NCBI GenBank assembly: GCA_951406725.2
Contig: OX597822.1
Location: forward strand, 44,950,001 to 45,014,000
Length of the DNA stretch: 64,000 nt
Reading direction: 5' to 3'
DNA from: Octopus vulgaris
Lineage: Eukaryota
In this document: positions 14,747 through 26,726 of the stretch, in pieces
Position numbering within the stretch: position 1 is the stretch's first letter
Layout: every line of letters begins with the position of its first letter
Position numbers and translations under genes: made by a program
Notes under the pieces: generated by a model
What the model was told of the DNA's origin: nothing
Seen by the model: only the letters and a program-made list of their open reading frames with translations
Database searches by the model: none

Positions 14747-14773
14747 TGTGCGCGCGTGTGTGTATCTACATAC

Positions 14774-14862
<89 letters not shown>

Positions 14863-14867
<5 letters not shown>

Positions 14868-15605
14868 TAGTAATGCAATACTACAGTATTGCTTTCCAGT
14901 AAAGAATAGCCCGTGAGGGAAAAATACACAAAGTAGTAAATATATGGCACAACGAAGTACCGATATTTACTGGAAATAGCGAACGTAATAATACGACGCT
15001 AATGTATAGCTTCACCGCGTATGTGTGAATGCGTGTGTGCAACAAACAAGAAAAAATTGTCTTACCTCCAGGGAGAACATCTGAAAGATGAAATACCTGG
15101 AAACGGATAATGTGGGACCTGCAGTTTCAGATTTTAATGTTACCACATTAAAGCCATTACAATCGACTGAAACGCTGTATTTTCCCTCACGGGCTATTCT
15201 TTACTGGAAAGCAATACTGTAGTATTGCATTACTAATTTATTGAAGCTTCTTCACCGTTTTCGTGCTGTTGGCGTTTCAGCGTTTCAGTCGATTGTAATG
15301 GCTTTAATGTGGAAACATCTGAGATTTTGTCATGGTATATGCTTGGCTGATGAAGATAGAACAAGATTATGGGTGGTAGACATATCTTGTAAAATCTGAA
15401 ACCTGCAGGTCCCACATTATCCTTTTCCAGGTATTTCATCTTTCAGATGTTCTCCCTGGAGGTAAGACAATTTTTTCTTGTTTGTTGCACACACGCATTT
15501 TTGCTAATACATACGCAGTGAAGCTATACATTAGCGTCGTATTATTACGTTCGCTATTTCCAGTAAATATCGGTACTTCGTTGTGCCATATATTTACTAC
15601 TTTGT
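14863..15605. mobile_element. Rearranged hammerhead-bearing element with nested inversions
   Basis: A 14863-14927 / A' 15176-15240; B 14927-15136 / B' 15390-15605; C 15143-15177 / C' 15278-15312; flanked by (TA)n. Confidence 0.8.
15344..15414 (+). ncRNA. Type I hammerhead ribozyme motif
   Basis: TGG-CTGATGA-AGAT..ACAAGAT...ATCTTGT..ATCT-GAAA-CCTGCAGG-TC-CCA. Palindromic stem III CCTGCAGG; GUC triplet. Confidence 0.8.
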
Positions 15606-15651
15606 ATATATATATATAGATAGATAGATAGATAGATAGATATATATATAT

Positions 15652-15698
<47 letters not shown>

Positions 15699-15870
15699 TA
15701 TAAAAATATGTATATATGTATATATATATGTATATATATGTATATGTATAATTATATATATATATGTGTGTGTGCATGTATGTGTATCTCACTCTCAATC
15801 TCTCTCTCTATATATATATATATACACATATATGCATATGTACGTATACGTTTATAGACATATATATATG

Positions 15871-15911
<41 letters not shown>

Positions 15912-16283
15912 TTGTATGCGTTTGTGTATATGTATATATGTATGACGGATGGAAGGGTGATGAAGATATGCGGATGTAGCGCATTCATCACCAGGAAGGA
16001 AGAGCAGCTTGAACACAGATTAACGCCTCATCTGTCTCAAAGCAAACATTCTCATGTCATATCTGCCACTGAAGTTGTACGAGAAGGCTTAGAATCCAGC
16101 CAGCAAAGGAAAATGATAGTCAACATCGGATTTGATGAACAACTCTACTGCAGAGCAAGTAAGCAATGACGTATGCCTGAAAGTATTTGAGCATGTCTTA
16201 AACTGGCTCTATATAATGTCTTTTTGTATATGTATGTACGCATGTGAGACTGTGTATATGTTTATAAATGTGTCTGTGTACAT

Positions 16284-17123
16284 GTGAGCGCATGCACGCG
16301 TAAGGCAAAAAGAAACATCCCATATAGTATGGCACGACGAATATGTAGCATAGTAACTGATTCACAAATACGATTAATAAGACTAGATGAACTCAAAAGC
16401 TTCCTCCTAGAGCAAAAATACCCCCTTAAACTAATAGAAAATGGAATCACAAGAGCATTAAAACTAGACATCACACAACTCAGGACACCCAAAACAAAAA
16501 ACAAAGAAAACACTATCCCTTTTATAAACACACACAACCCTGGAGTTACCAACATCTTCCAAACCATACATTCAAACCTACCAATAGCCTTACAGAGCCC
16601 CAAAATGAAAAACATATTAAACAAATATAGCATAAAAAACAGTAGACGACAGGACAAAAACCTAAAAAAACACCTAACAAGAGCGAAATTCTCTTCAGAA
16701 ACTAAAACGGAATTCTTTGCAAAAGAGTGCGGAGATGGTAGATGTGGGACCTGCAGCAACCCCACCTACAAATACATAGAAAGCAACAGAGAGATAAGAT
16801 TTAAAAATGGTGTCATATTCAAAGTAAATGCAGATATGAACTGCAAGACGCAGAACGTCATATACTGCATAACCTGCCCCACGTGCAAGGAGAATTACGT
16901 AGGTGAAACTGGTAATTCTTTGTGCCAGCTAGCCAGGATCCACCGACAACATATTCGGCAGGAAGAACTACGCAAAATACCACTAAGCACACACCTAGCT
17001 ACATGTGGAGAAGGAAAATTTAAGATATTTCCCTTCTACAAGTGTCCGAAGAACGACACCCCCTTCAGGAGGAATATGGAAAAACATTTCATAGCTAAGT
17101 TCTCCCCCAAATTAAATGGCTGA
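16284..17123 (+). CDS. Penelope-like element (Neptune-type) C-terminal ORF fragment: RT thumb, Cys linker and GIY-YIG endonuclease; 5'-truncated
   Basis: Open 279-aa frame with KRNIPYSMARRICSIV (thumb), CGDGRCGTC linker, NCKTQNVIYCITCPTCKENYVGETG (GIY-YIG variant VIY..YVG), R..H, and E...I....PKLN. No RT core or true start. Presumed 3' region extends to ~18120. Confidence 0.9.
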   Translation: MSACTRKAKRNIPYSMARRICSIVTDSQIRLIRLDELKSFLLEQKYPLKLIENGITRALKLDITQLRTPKTKNKENTIPFINTHNPGVTNIFQTIHSNLPIALQSPKMKNILNKYSIKNSRRQDKNLKKHLTRAKFSSETKTEFFAKECGDGRCGTCSNPTYKYIESNREIRFKNGVIFKVNADMNCKTQNVIYCITCPTCKENYVGETGNSLCQLARIHRQHIRQEELRKIPLSTHLATCGEGKFKIFPFYKCPKNDTPFRRNMEKHFIAKFSPKLNG

Positions 17124-17579
17124 AACTTTACTCAACATACATTGAAGGACAAATCTGTGTGTGTGTAGATGTGTGTATTGCCTGTTATATACATCATATT
17201 ATATTATTATCTTTATAATTCACTTCCATCTTTACCTTTTAATTGTCACTTTAATTTTAACTTTCCTATGAGATACAATTTTCAAGATGGTATAATTTGG
17301 TTGTTCATTTTGAACCGATAAAAAGGTTTTTTCAAATATTTTATGTATAAGTCTGTGTGTGTATATATATGTGTTGGTATAAATATCAACACACAAAAAT
17401 ATTTTTTCTTCTCCACTTCCTCCCTTATTTTTATTTTTATTTTTATTTTTATTTTTTTATTTTTTATTTTTTATATTTTTATTTATTCTTTATATTTTTT
17501 TATTTTTTATTTTTATTATTATTATTATTTTTATTTTCCCTTTTCTCTTTTTGTCTCTCTCCCCTTCTCCAAACACACA

Positions 17580-17624
<45 letters not shown>

Positions 17625-17840
17625 GCACACAAAAACACACACGGACACACAGAGACACACACACACACACCTCCACAGAATGATCATGGAAAGTGTGACC
17701 CCAAATGACATTTGCCAGGCCAACCTACGCACAACACACACTCAATGACATCGAAATGGACGGCCAAAGTTCTTATAAAACCACAGGCGGTCCAGCAGAC
17801 CAACGGAAATAACACTTCTTCACTCTCAGATATAAACGCG

Positions 17841-17872
<32 letters not shown>

Positions 17873-18135
17873 CACATACACACACACACATACACATACA
17901 CACATTTTTTCTCTGTCTCACTTCCTCCTCACCCACTACTACGAAACTATAAAATGTTCAGACTCCCCACAACTGATTTGATTTGAAAAGCCCACTAGAA
18001 TGGGAGCAAGCGCTAATCCGAAATCCGAATGATATGATATGATATATATGTAAAAAATGTAATATATAAATAAATATCTACAAATATGAACCATCTGATC
18101 TGATTACCTCAATTTTTCTAATATATATATATATA

Positions 18136-18362
18136 CGAGAAAGAAGCAACAAGAATGGGTTGGTTTTTAGTACAATTGTTTCATACAAAGACAGGCTTTG
18201 TTACAAGTTGCAAAAATTGCAGCAGATAAAAGTGTCCCGTACTCATCAGCTAAAATACATTTGAGTTCTCTAGACATCTTAGTGGGTGAGGTTATACTCA
18301 TGAGATATTGGAGATAGTTCCATTAGAGGCAGATATAGGTTGTAAACAGTTTTCCAAAGTTC
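18136..18362 (-). mobile_element. Short hammerhead-bearing element between (TA)n runs
   Basis: Its 3' ~115 bp is nearly identical to 19888-20003. Confidence 0.75.
18165..18255 (-). ncRNA. Type I hammerhead ribozyme motif
   Basis: Minus: TTTTAG-CTGATGA-GTACGGGACA...TGTCTTTGTAT-GAAA-CAATTG-TA-CTAAAA. 6-bp stem I, long stem II, palindromic CAATTG, GUA triplet. Confidence 0.85.
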
Positions 18363-18380
18363 CTTATATATATATATATA

Positions 18381-18565
18381 GGGAGAAGTCACAAAAAACA
18401 AAAGACGAAGACAGGTAGTGTAGACAACAAACAGACGTATTAGTATTACGCTCGGGAAGTGAAAAAGTCCTTAACGTTTCGAGTCTACGCTCTTCTACAG
18501 AGAGGAACACAGAAAGAAGCAAGGCTTGAAAATAAAGAATGTGTAGTGGCAAATGATCTATCATG
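18381..18565 (-). mobile_element. CUGUNGA hammerhead family copy (motif 18468-18505)
   Basis: Minus: CCTCT-CTGTAGA-A-GAGC gtag ACTC-GAAA-CG-TT-AAGGA. Same 3' terminus (...ACTTCTCCCTA) as the 6485 copy. Confidence 0.7.
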
Positions 18566-18829
18566 GCGAATAGAGGGGTCACATAGGAGAGACAGAGGGG
18601 CCACACAGGAGAGACATAGGGGCCACACAGGAGAGCTAGGAAGAAGGAGAGATAATAAAGTAGTGGCGATCCCAAAACGAAGATGCGCGTGCGTGTGTAT
18701 AAGAGAGCATTATATGCGTGTGGAAGAGGGCTGGTGACTTTCACGTGTATGTGTGTGTATGTGTAGGTGTGTGGATGTGGGGCAGGTAAGTGGTCAGTGC
18801 TAGTGTGTGCGTGGTGGTGATGTTTTCTG

Positions 18830-19370
18830 GACCTGTACTAAACCGGGTTTTATGCCTATTTCCTCTATCATCTGTTCAGATCTTAAGGCATAGTTCCCAA
18901 TTATCATTATATTAAGCAACATGGATTTTATCTTGAGGCTTAGTAACAAGTCTCCTTAAATCTCTAGAATCATATTTAAGGTTCTTTGAGCATACAGGAA
19001 GGCAATTTTCTACAGGTGGACCATGCAAGTCACAATTCCAATATCCTTCATCTTAATATAACAATTTGGTTCCTAAGCCAAGGGCACAAAATGCCACGGA
19101 AACAATTGTTTCCTCGTCTATTACAATCTCTTCATCTTTCTAGTTAGGCCCTGATATTTCCCAGTTTTCACTATTTGTTTCAACATTCTTTTGTAATATG
19201 GTAATGCAAAGACTAGGATCTTACATCGTTTACGCTTTTCTATTTTTTTATTTTGTCTTCTTTAATTTTACTTCTGCTCCTTCATACAATCGTATGGCAA
19301 CCTTTTATGGGAAGGTACTCCAAAATCCTGTAGTTATGATTCACAAGTGCAGTCTTCGCTTCATCTCCAA
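18830..19370 (-). pseudogene. Degraded 3' end of an R4/Dong-like (REL endonuclease) non-LTR retrotransposon
   Basis: Minus translation ETIVSVAFCALGLGTKLYIKMKDIGIVTCMVHL*KIAFLYAQRTLNMILEI* parallels PVVIGALG...QKIVLMGTAHILRKIL at 52306-52470. Confidence 0.55.
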
Positions 19371-19808
19371 ACCAGTTCTCTGATACTTTCAATCCACACA
19401 CTCACCTAACATAAACGTACTAAAGTACTTAGTCCTGCCTATCGATTACATCACAATTGTTCGCTTTGCGTATTCAATAAAAGATTTTGAAAATTAAACG
19501 TGTCTATTTACTTCTTGCATGTCTGTGTATTTATATACACTTTGTATTTACGCGTTTCTTTATGTTTGTGGTTGCCCTCCGCCAGCGCTTGACAAACGGT
19601 GTTGGCTTGTTTATGTACTTGTAACTTGGTGGTGTAGCAAGGGATGCTAATAGAATAAGTAACAAGCTTTAAAAGAATAGGTAACTGAGTCGATTTCTTT
19701 CAACTGAACCCTTCACGACGACGACGAGCATGGCCACAGTTCAATGACCGAAACAAGTAAAAGATATATACCTTTGTATGTACGCTTATGTATCGATCTA
19801 TCTATCTA

Positions 19809-19887
<79 letters not shown>

Positions 19888-19888
<1 letters not shown>

Positions 19889-20003
19889 GAGAAAGAAGCA
19901 ACAAGAATGGATTAGTTTTTAGTACAATTGTTTCATACAAAGACAGGCTTTATTACAAGTTGCAAAAATTGCAGCAGATAAAAGTGTCCCGTACTCATCA
20001 GCT
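19888..20003 (-). ncRNA. Second copy of the 18165 hammerhead element, truncated at stem I
   Basis: Near-identical to 18136-18251; homology ends at ...CATCAGCT, where a SINE C tail begins. Confidence 0.75.
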
Positions 20004-20208
20004 TCTTTTGCTTGTTTCAGTCATTTGACGGCAACCATGCTGGAGTACCGAATTTAATCGAACAAATCAGCTCTAGATCTTACTCATTGTAAGTCTAGTG
20101 CTTATTCTATCGGTTTTCTTCTGCCGAACCGCTAAGTTGCGGGGATGTAAACACACCGAAATCGGTTGTCAAGCGATGCTGGAGGGACAAACACAGACAC
20201 ACAAATAC

Positions 20209-20247
<39 letters not shown>

Positions 20248-20462
20248 TGTGTGTGTGTATATGTGCGTGCGTATGTGTGTACGACGGGCTTCTTTCAGTT
20301 TCCATCTACTATGTCCACTCACAAAGTTTTGGTCGGCCCGAGGCTACAGTAGGAGACATTTGCACTAAATGGTGCCATCCATTTAGACTGAACCCAGAAT
20401 TAGTGTCGCCAGATAAACTGGTTTTTACAGACCGATATTTAAAAAAAAAACAAGATAAGGTC

Positions 20463-20786
20463 ATTACATATAATTCCTTTACTGGAGCAAATTTGGCTTA
20501 CAGCTGTTTCCAGTAGTCATTATAAGTACACAACTGACAGTTTATTCAATTGGCCTATTGATTAATTCAGGCAAATTGACCGACCTCAAAAAAATTTAGT
20601 GCTATTTTCGTCAAAGTCATTTCCAGAAATGGCTCAGAATAAGGTAGCATTAATTTTCGTAGGTTTTTCAATTTTCCCCAATTGATCAATTAACCGGCTG
20701 AGTAAACCTACAAGTAGTGTACCTACAATAATTACTGGAAACAGTTGTAAGCCGAATTTGCTTCAATAAAGGAATTATATGTAATT
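20463..20786. mobile_element. Palindromic foldback / MITE-like element
   Basis: ATTACATATAATTCCTTTACTGGAGCAAATTTGGCTTACAGCTGTTTCCAGTA vs TACTGGAAACAGTTGTAAGCCGAATTTGCTTCAATAAAGGAATTATATGTAAT; imperfect symmetry continues to the centre. Confidence 0.8.
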
Positions 20787-20807
20787 AGAATTATTTATAA
20801 CGTGTTT

Positions 20808-20848
<41 letters not shown>

Positions 20849-20999
20849 ATATATATGTGTGTGTGTGTGTATATATATATGCAAATATACACACACACTT
20901 TTATACATATATCTCTTCCTCTTATACACACACGGACACGCAAACAGAGACACAGACACACACACATCATATATATACCTATATAAATATATGTTTGTG

Positions 21000-21078
<79 letters not shown>

Positions 21079-21547
21079 CAATCTCTACACATGTGAATGA
21101 ACGCCAGAAGGATAAATAAACAGATTAGTTAAGTTAAATAATTAAAATGATGTCTGTGATTATATCTGGTTTATATATCATGTATGTGTAAAGATGGTAA
21201 TCAGCCACGACACTTTGATATATACGCTATCATCACATGTACGCATATTCTATGTGCATGTGTATACTTGTGTATGCGAGTGTATGTAAAAGCGACTGTA
21301 TATGGGAATATGTATGAATACCACCATAGACAACTTCTGTGGCAAGTGCAGATGAGTAGTATTGAGTGTCATAAGCCTAGTGTGTGCTTAGAAGATTTTG
21401 ACTTTATATGGCAGACATTTTAGTGAACTTGAATGTGTGTACGTATATGTATATACGTGAGAGTGTATGTATGTAGTATGTGTGTATATAACATGTTTTA
21501 TAATCTATGTGTGTGTATGTATGTATGTATGTATGTATATATGTGTT

Positions 21548-21583
<36 letters not shown>

Positions 21584-21594
21584 TATATATATGC

Positions 21595-21657
<63 letters not shown>

Positions 21658-22005
21658 AAATATTTGTATGTACGAGTGTCCTCTACTGCTTTTAATGGTA
21701 TACTTTCTTTCTCTGAGAAAGGAAATGGTTTCTAACAAAAGTACAAAGCTCCATCTTTGGAATGTAGATAACGATAGCGTAAACAATGTCACATATTTAA
21801 CTTGAGAACAGTCTTGCAAACTTTTACTGTTCCACCTACAGATTTTAATTGTAATCTGTGTGTTAGTTGGTGTCTTTTCCTGAAAATCCAAGCTTAGCCA
21901 GAGTGTTAGTTACGCATTTACTTACACAAGCGAGAACCCCAATTATTGGTATAAATGTGAATTTGTAAACTGGATATAGAAGCCGGAAGTTCCGAACCAG
22001 TTGTC

Positions 22006-22037
<32 letters not shown>

Positions 22038-22249
22038 TGTATGTATGTATGTATGTATGTATGTATGCATGCATGCATGTATGCATGTATGCATGTATGT
22101 ACGTATGCATGCATGCATGTATGCATGTATGCATGTATGTATGTATGCATGTATGCATGTATGTATGTATGTATGTATGCACGTGCGTACATATGTATGT
22201 ACGTGCGTATGCATGTTATTGCGAGTTCTCTATATTGATTTTATTCTCT

Positions 22250-22455
22250 TTTACTCTGGGCATAAGGCCCGAAATTTGGGGGGAGGAGGCCGGTCGATTA
22301 CATCTACCCCAGTACGCAACTGGTACTTAAATTATCGGCCCTGAAAGGATGAAAGGCAAAGTCGACCTCGGCCAAATTTGAACTCAGAACGTAAAGGCAG
22401 ACGAAATACCGCTAAACATTTCGCCCGGCCTGCTAACGTTTCTGCCAGCTCGCCG
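22250..22455 (-). mobile_element. SINE family B, single full copy
   Basis: Minus: GGCGAGCTGGCAGAAACGTTAGC...GAGTTCAAATT...GGTCGACTTTGCCTTTCATCCTTTC... Confidence 0.85.
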
Positions 22456-23479
22456 ATTTGATATTTTTAAATAATACACGTATCAACGACGCAGACAAAG
22501 TAAACACTAGCTTTATTGCCAAAAAAGAGCCGGTTTCTATCTCTGATCCAAGGCTACCTCTGTAGTTATGTATGTAGCTGGACTCTCGATGGCTGTTTCG
22601 TAATTCACGAGTTGTGCTTGAAGACGGACAAATTTAAATCTAAACTAACATACTGAAGCAGGATTTAGTTGAAATAGTTTTCTTAATCCATTTACTTTCC
22701 TGCTGGACTAACCCTTGCTATTTACCAGGCCGTCCATCAGTTATGGTATTTTAAGGAGAAGATTGTTAATTCATGTAATTTAGCATCGAGATGTTGTTCT
22801 CCACCGTGTTCTTTTTCTGTGGAATATTTGCTAGCTGGTTTCTTCTTCGGCAAATAATTGCAGTCATTCTCACGCACATTTCAGGGACATCACACATTTT
22901 TGGATACAATTTGATAAGCATTAACTGAATTTACTATGGAAAACGTTTTTTATTTTTTTTTTTTGTGTGGGAAAGATAAATGTTTTGCTATGATTCGTAT
23001 TATTTCTCTATTTTATCACCTATCTTCTTTTACTTGTTTCATCCATTAGACTGCAGCCTTGCGGAGGCACGAATTTCAAAAGGTTTTTAGTCGAAGAAAT
23101 CGTCTCGACTACTTATTTTTCAAGTTTGGTATTTATTCTATCTTATTTGTTGTCAAACTGCCAAGTTGCGAAGACGTGGATAAACCAGCGCCAGCTGCCA
23201 AGCGATTGGGCCCAAATATGGACACAAAGACACACGCTCATATACATATATTTATATATACAACAGACATCCATAAATTTTCTGTCTATCAAATACCCTC
23301 ACATGACATTGGTCGGCCTGTGGTTACAGTATACGTCATTTGTCCAAAGTACCACGCAGAGGGACTGAACCCGAAACCTCATAGTTGCAAAACAAAGTTT
23401 CTTATCCACACAGCCTTTGGGGAAATAAATCAATTCAAATGAAGCCAACTGTAGTACATCATATACGCTTTACTGGCAA

Positions 23480-23748
23480 CTGCCACTCCATCGGTTACGA
23501 CGACGAGTGTTCCAGTTGATCCGATCAACGGAACAGCCTGATCATGAAATTAAGGTGCATGTGGCTGAGCATTCCACAGACACGTGTACCCTTACCGTAG
23601 TTCTCAGGGCGATTCAGCATGACACAAGTGTATGACAAAGCTGGCCACTTGAAATACAGGTACTATTCATTTTTGTCGGCGGGAATTGAACTCACGACCT
23701 TGTGCTCGTGAGCTGAATACCCTAACCACTAAGCCACAAGCCTTCACA
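23480..23748 (-). mobile_element. SINE family A
   Basis: Minus head GTGAAGGCTTGTGGCTTAGTGGTTAGG...GAGTTCAATTCCC; body as at 580-950. Confidence 0.8.
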
Positions 23749-23750
23749 TA

Positions 23751-25039
23751 CGAGGGGCGTTCAATAAGTAATGCCCCTGACCCACTTCCTATAGCAGTAG
23801 AGCAACGAAACTTGGCACAATTATTTGTCTTTTTCTACATAGGAACCACCCAGAGTTACGCATTTCTACCATCGTTTGATGCAGCTCTGGAGACCGTTTT
23901 TGTAGAAGACCCCAGCTTGGTCCTCCAACCTGAACGTGACTTCAGAAATCAAGGCTGCATCATCTGGGAAACGCTTTCCTTTCAAAAACAACTTCATGAC
24001 TGGGAAGAGGTGAAAATCAGAGGGTGCAAGGTCAGGAAAGTAGGGGGATGGAGGAAGAGTTCATAGCCATACGCCTGTGCTTCTGATCTGGCGACAAACG
24101 AGTTGTGGACCGGAGCGTTGTCCTGCAGGAGGAGGATGCCTTTGCTGATCTTGCCCCGCCTCTTGATTTTGATAACTTCTCTTAATTTCCCCAAAAGTGA
24201 CGCATAATAGGTTCCTGCAATTGTGGTACCCTTTGCCAAGAAATCTGTCATCACTACTCCGTCCTGGTTCCAGAAGACTGAGCATGACCTTGCCAGCGGA
24301 GGGCTGCACCCTTGCCTTCTTTGGAGGGGGTGAGTCACGGTGCTTCCACTGCATTGACTGGGATTTGGTCTCTGGATCATCGTGATGGACCCAGGTTTCA
24401 TCCTGTGTAATCAGTCTTTTGAAAAATTTTGACTCATCTTCTTGGCACATCTCCAAATTCATCCTCAAGCAGTCGACGCGTTCTTGCTTCTGGAAAGGCG
24501 TGAGCAACCTGGGAATCCATCTGGCAGACACCTTTTGCATATGCAAATGGTCATGAATGATAGTTTCCACAGACCCGGTACTAATCTTGACCTCATGCGC
24601 TATTTGGCGAATAATTATGCGTCGATCTTCCAAAATGGCAGCCTCAACTTGACGGACAGATGCCTCTTCAATGGCAAAAGGGGGCGACCAGATCTGGGAG
24701 CTGTTTCCACAGAGTTCCGGCCATGTTTGAATTCACGATCCCAGTGTTTTACAAGGTCATCTGATGGGGCATCATCACCATAAGTTACTTTCATTTCATC
24801 AAAAGTCTCCCGTGGTGTGCGTCCTTTCAAATACAAAAACCGGATCACTGCTCGACACTCAACAGGCTCCATTTCACACTTGACTCAGTTCAAACACCTG
24901 TAAATCAGACACCACAATTAGTTCAGAGCTGTAAGTTGTCACTCACTCTATAGAGATATAAATGATTGCACATGCAAAATTTCAGCTAGATCAAACAACT
25001 GCAAGTGGGTCAGAGGCATTACTTATTGAACGTCCCTCG
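23751..25039 (-). mobile_element. Full-length mariner DNA transposon (~1.29 kb)
   Basis: TIRs CGAGGGGCGTTCAATAAGTAATGCCCCTGACCCACTT / AAGTGGGTCAGAGGCATTACTTATTGAACGTCCCTCG; TA target duplication at 23749-50 and 25040-41. Confidence 0.95.
23821..24872 (-). pseudogene. Frameshifted mariner transposase
   Basis: Motifs spread over several frames: RAVIRFLY, RSGRP, WIPRLL, TQDETW, QDNAPVH and a YSPDLAPSDF-like PDLAPSDF. Confidence 0.92.
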
Positions 25040-25684
25040 TATTCTTTACACATGTAGATAATCTAAGGCATTGAGATAAAAGAATCTTTAGCATGCCAGA
25101 CGAAAACGATCAGCTTCTATCGACTGTATGCGCTCTTGGTTCAAATTCCGCGCATTTCGGCTTTACCTTTCATCGGGGCCAATAGATTAAGCGCTAAATA
25201 AACATTGCGGTCGAAGGAATCGACTTGACCTTTCCTCAGTCTCTCAAGCATCACGTCCACAATATATTTATATGATTTAAATTTTGGTGATTGCCTTATG
25301 GAGGATACATTCTCGTTTCACTTATGAATTTCTGCTGTGCGAAATAATTATCATCCTATAAATTATACAACTGACACAAGTGGAAACATTTTGGAAAAAG
25401 ATGGACAGATGGTGTATTAATTAATAAATCAACTCAACTACTTATTTTTCAAGTTTGGTATTTATTTTATCGTGTTTGTTGTCAAACTGCTAAGTTGCGA
25501 AAACGTGAATAAACCAGTGCCAGCTGCCAAGCGACTGGGCCCAAATATGGACACAAAGACACACGCTCATATTCATATATTTATATATACAACAGACTGT
25601 TATTAATTGATAGAGAGAGAGAGAGAAAGAGATAAATGGATAGAAAGATTGATGGATTTATAGATATATAGATTGAAGAATAAG

Positions 25685-25724
<40 letters not shown>

Positions 25725-25854
25725 CAGACAGACGGATAAAACTGGAATGTAGATATCTATATGAATGGATGGGTGGATGAATAGAGAGAGAGAGAAAGAG
25801 AGAGGGGCAGACAAACAGATATATATATATATAGATAGATAGATAGATAGATAA

Positions 25855-26197
25855 GTTTCTTTATTGGCCACACAGGGCTGCACACAGATGGGACAAGTTA
25901 CAAGGTAGAGCTTTTCTTTTGGGGGATGAAGAGAACAAAAAACAAAAAGAAAAAAAAAGGGGTGGCGTAGGTTTTCGATCAAGAGGGATCGTAAAAGGGA
26001 AGAAAAAAAAATTGAATAAAATAAAAAGAATAAAAAGAAAAAAAAGAAAAGGAAAAGGAACAAAAGGAAAGAGAAATGAAAAAAGAAGAAAAAAGGGGAA
26101 AAAAAGGGGAAGAGGAAAAAAAGAACGATCAATAGGGATCGTGTATCACAGTGTTATGATATATGGTGTAAAGGGGAAAGCAAGTAAGGTTTATCCG
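25855..26197 (-). mobile_element. Tx1-clade LINE, 3'UTR-only copy in (GATA)n
   Basis: Matches 26727-26980, including the tail CAGCCCTGTGTGGCCAATAAAGAAAC; GATA repeats immediately on both sides. Confidence 0.85.
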
Positions 26198-26260
<63 letters not shown>

Positions 26261-26552
26261 TTAGATAGATAGATAGTTAGATAGATAGATAATACATACA
26301 TACATACATACGTAGACTGATAGACAAATAGACAAAGAGCCAGAGAGACAATCAACTTGGAAGATAGATATCTATATGGATCGATGTGCGGATGAATAGA
26401 TAGAGAAAGAGAGGGGACAAACAGACAAACAGACAGACAGACAGACAAACAAACAAATTGCTAGATAGTTAGAGGGAGAGAAAGAGAGAGAGAAAGCGAT
26501 AGAGACAGAGGAAGAGAAAGATAGAGGGGGACAGACAGAAAGCCAGACAAAC

Positions 26553-26725
<173 letters not shown>

Positions 26726-26726
26726 T

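Noticed and set aside
21710-22565. Shared motif GG(A/TA)GC(C/T)TTG...TAGAAACC on the minus strand at ~21715-21765 and ~22520-22560 as an HDV-like or twister ribozyme
   Set aside because: The required pseudoknot pairings could not be fitted by eye.
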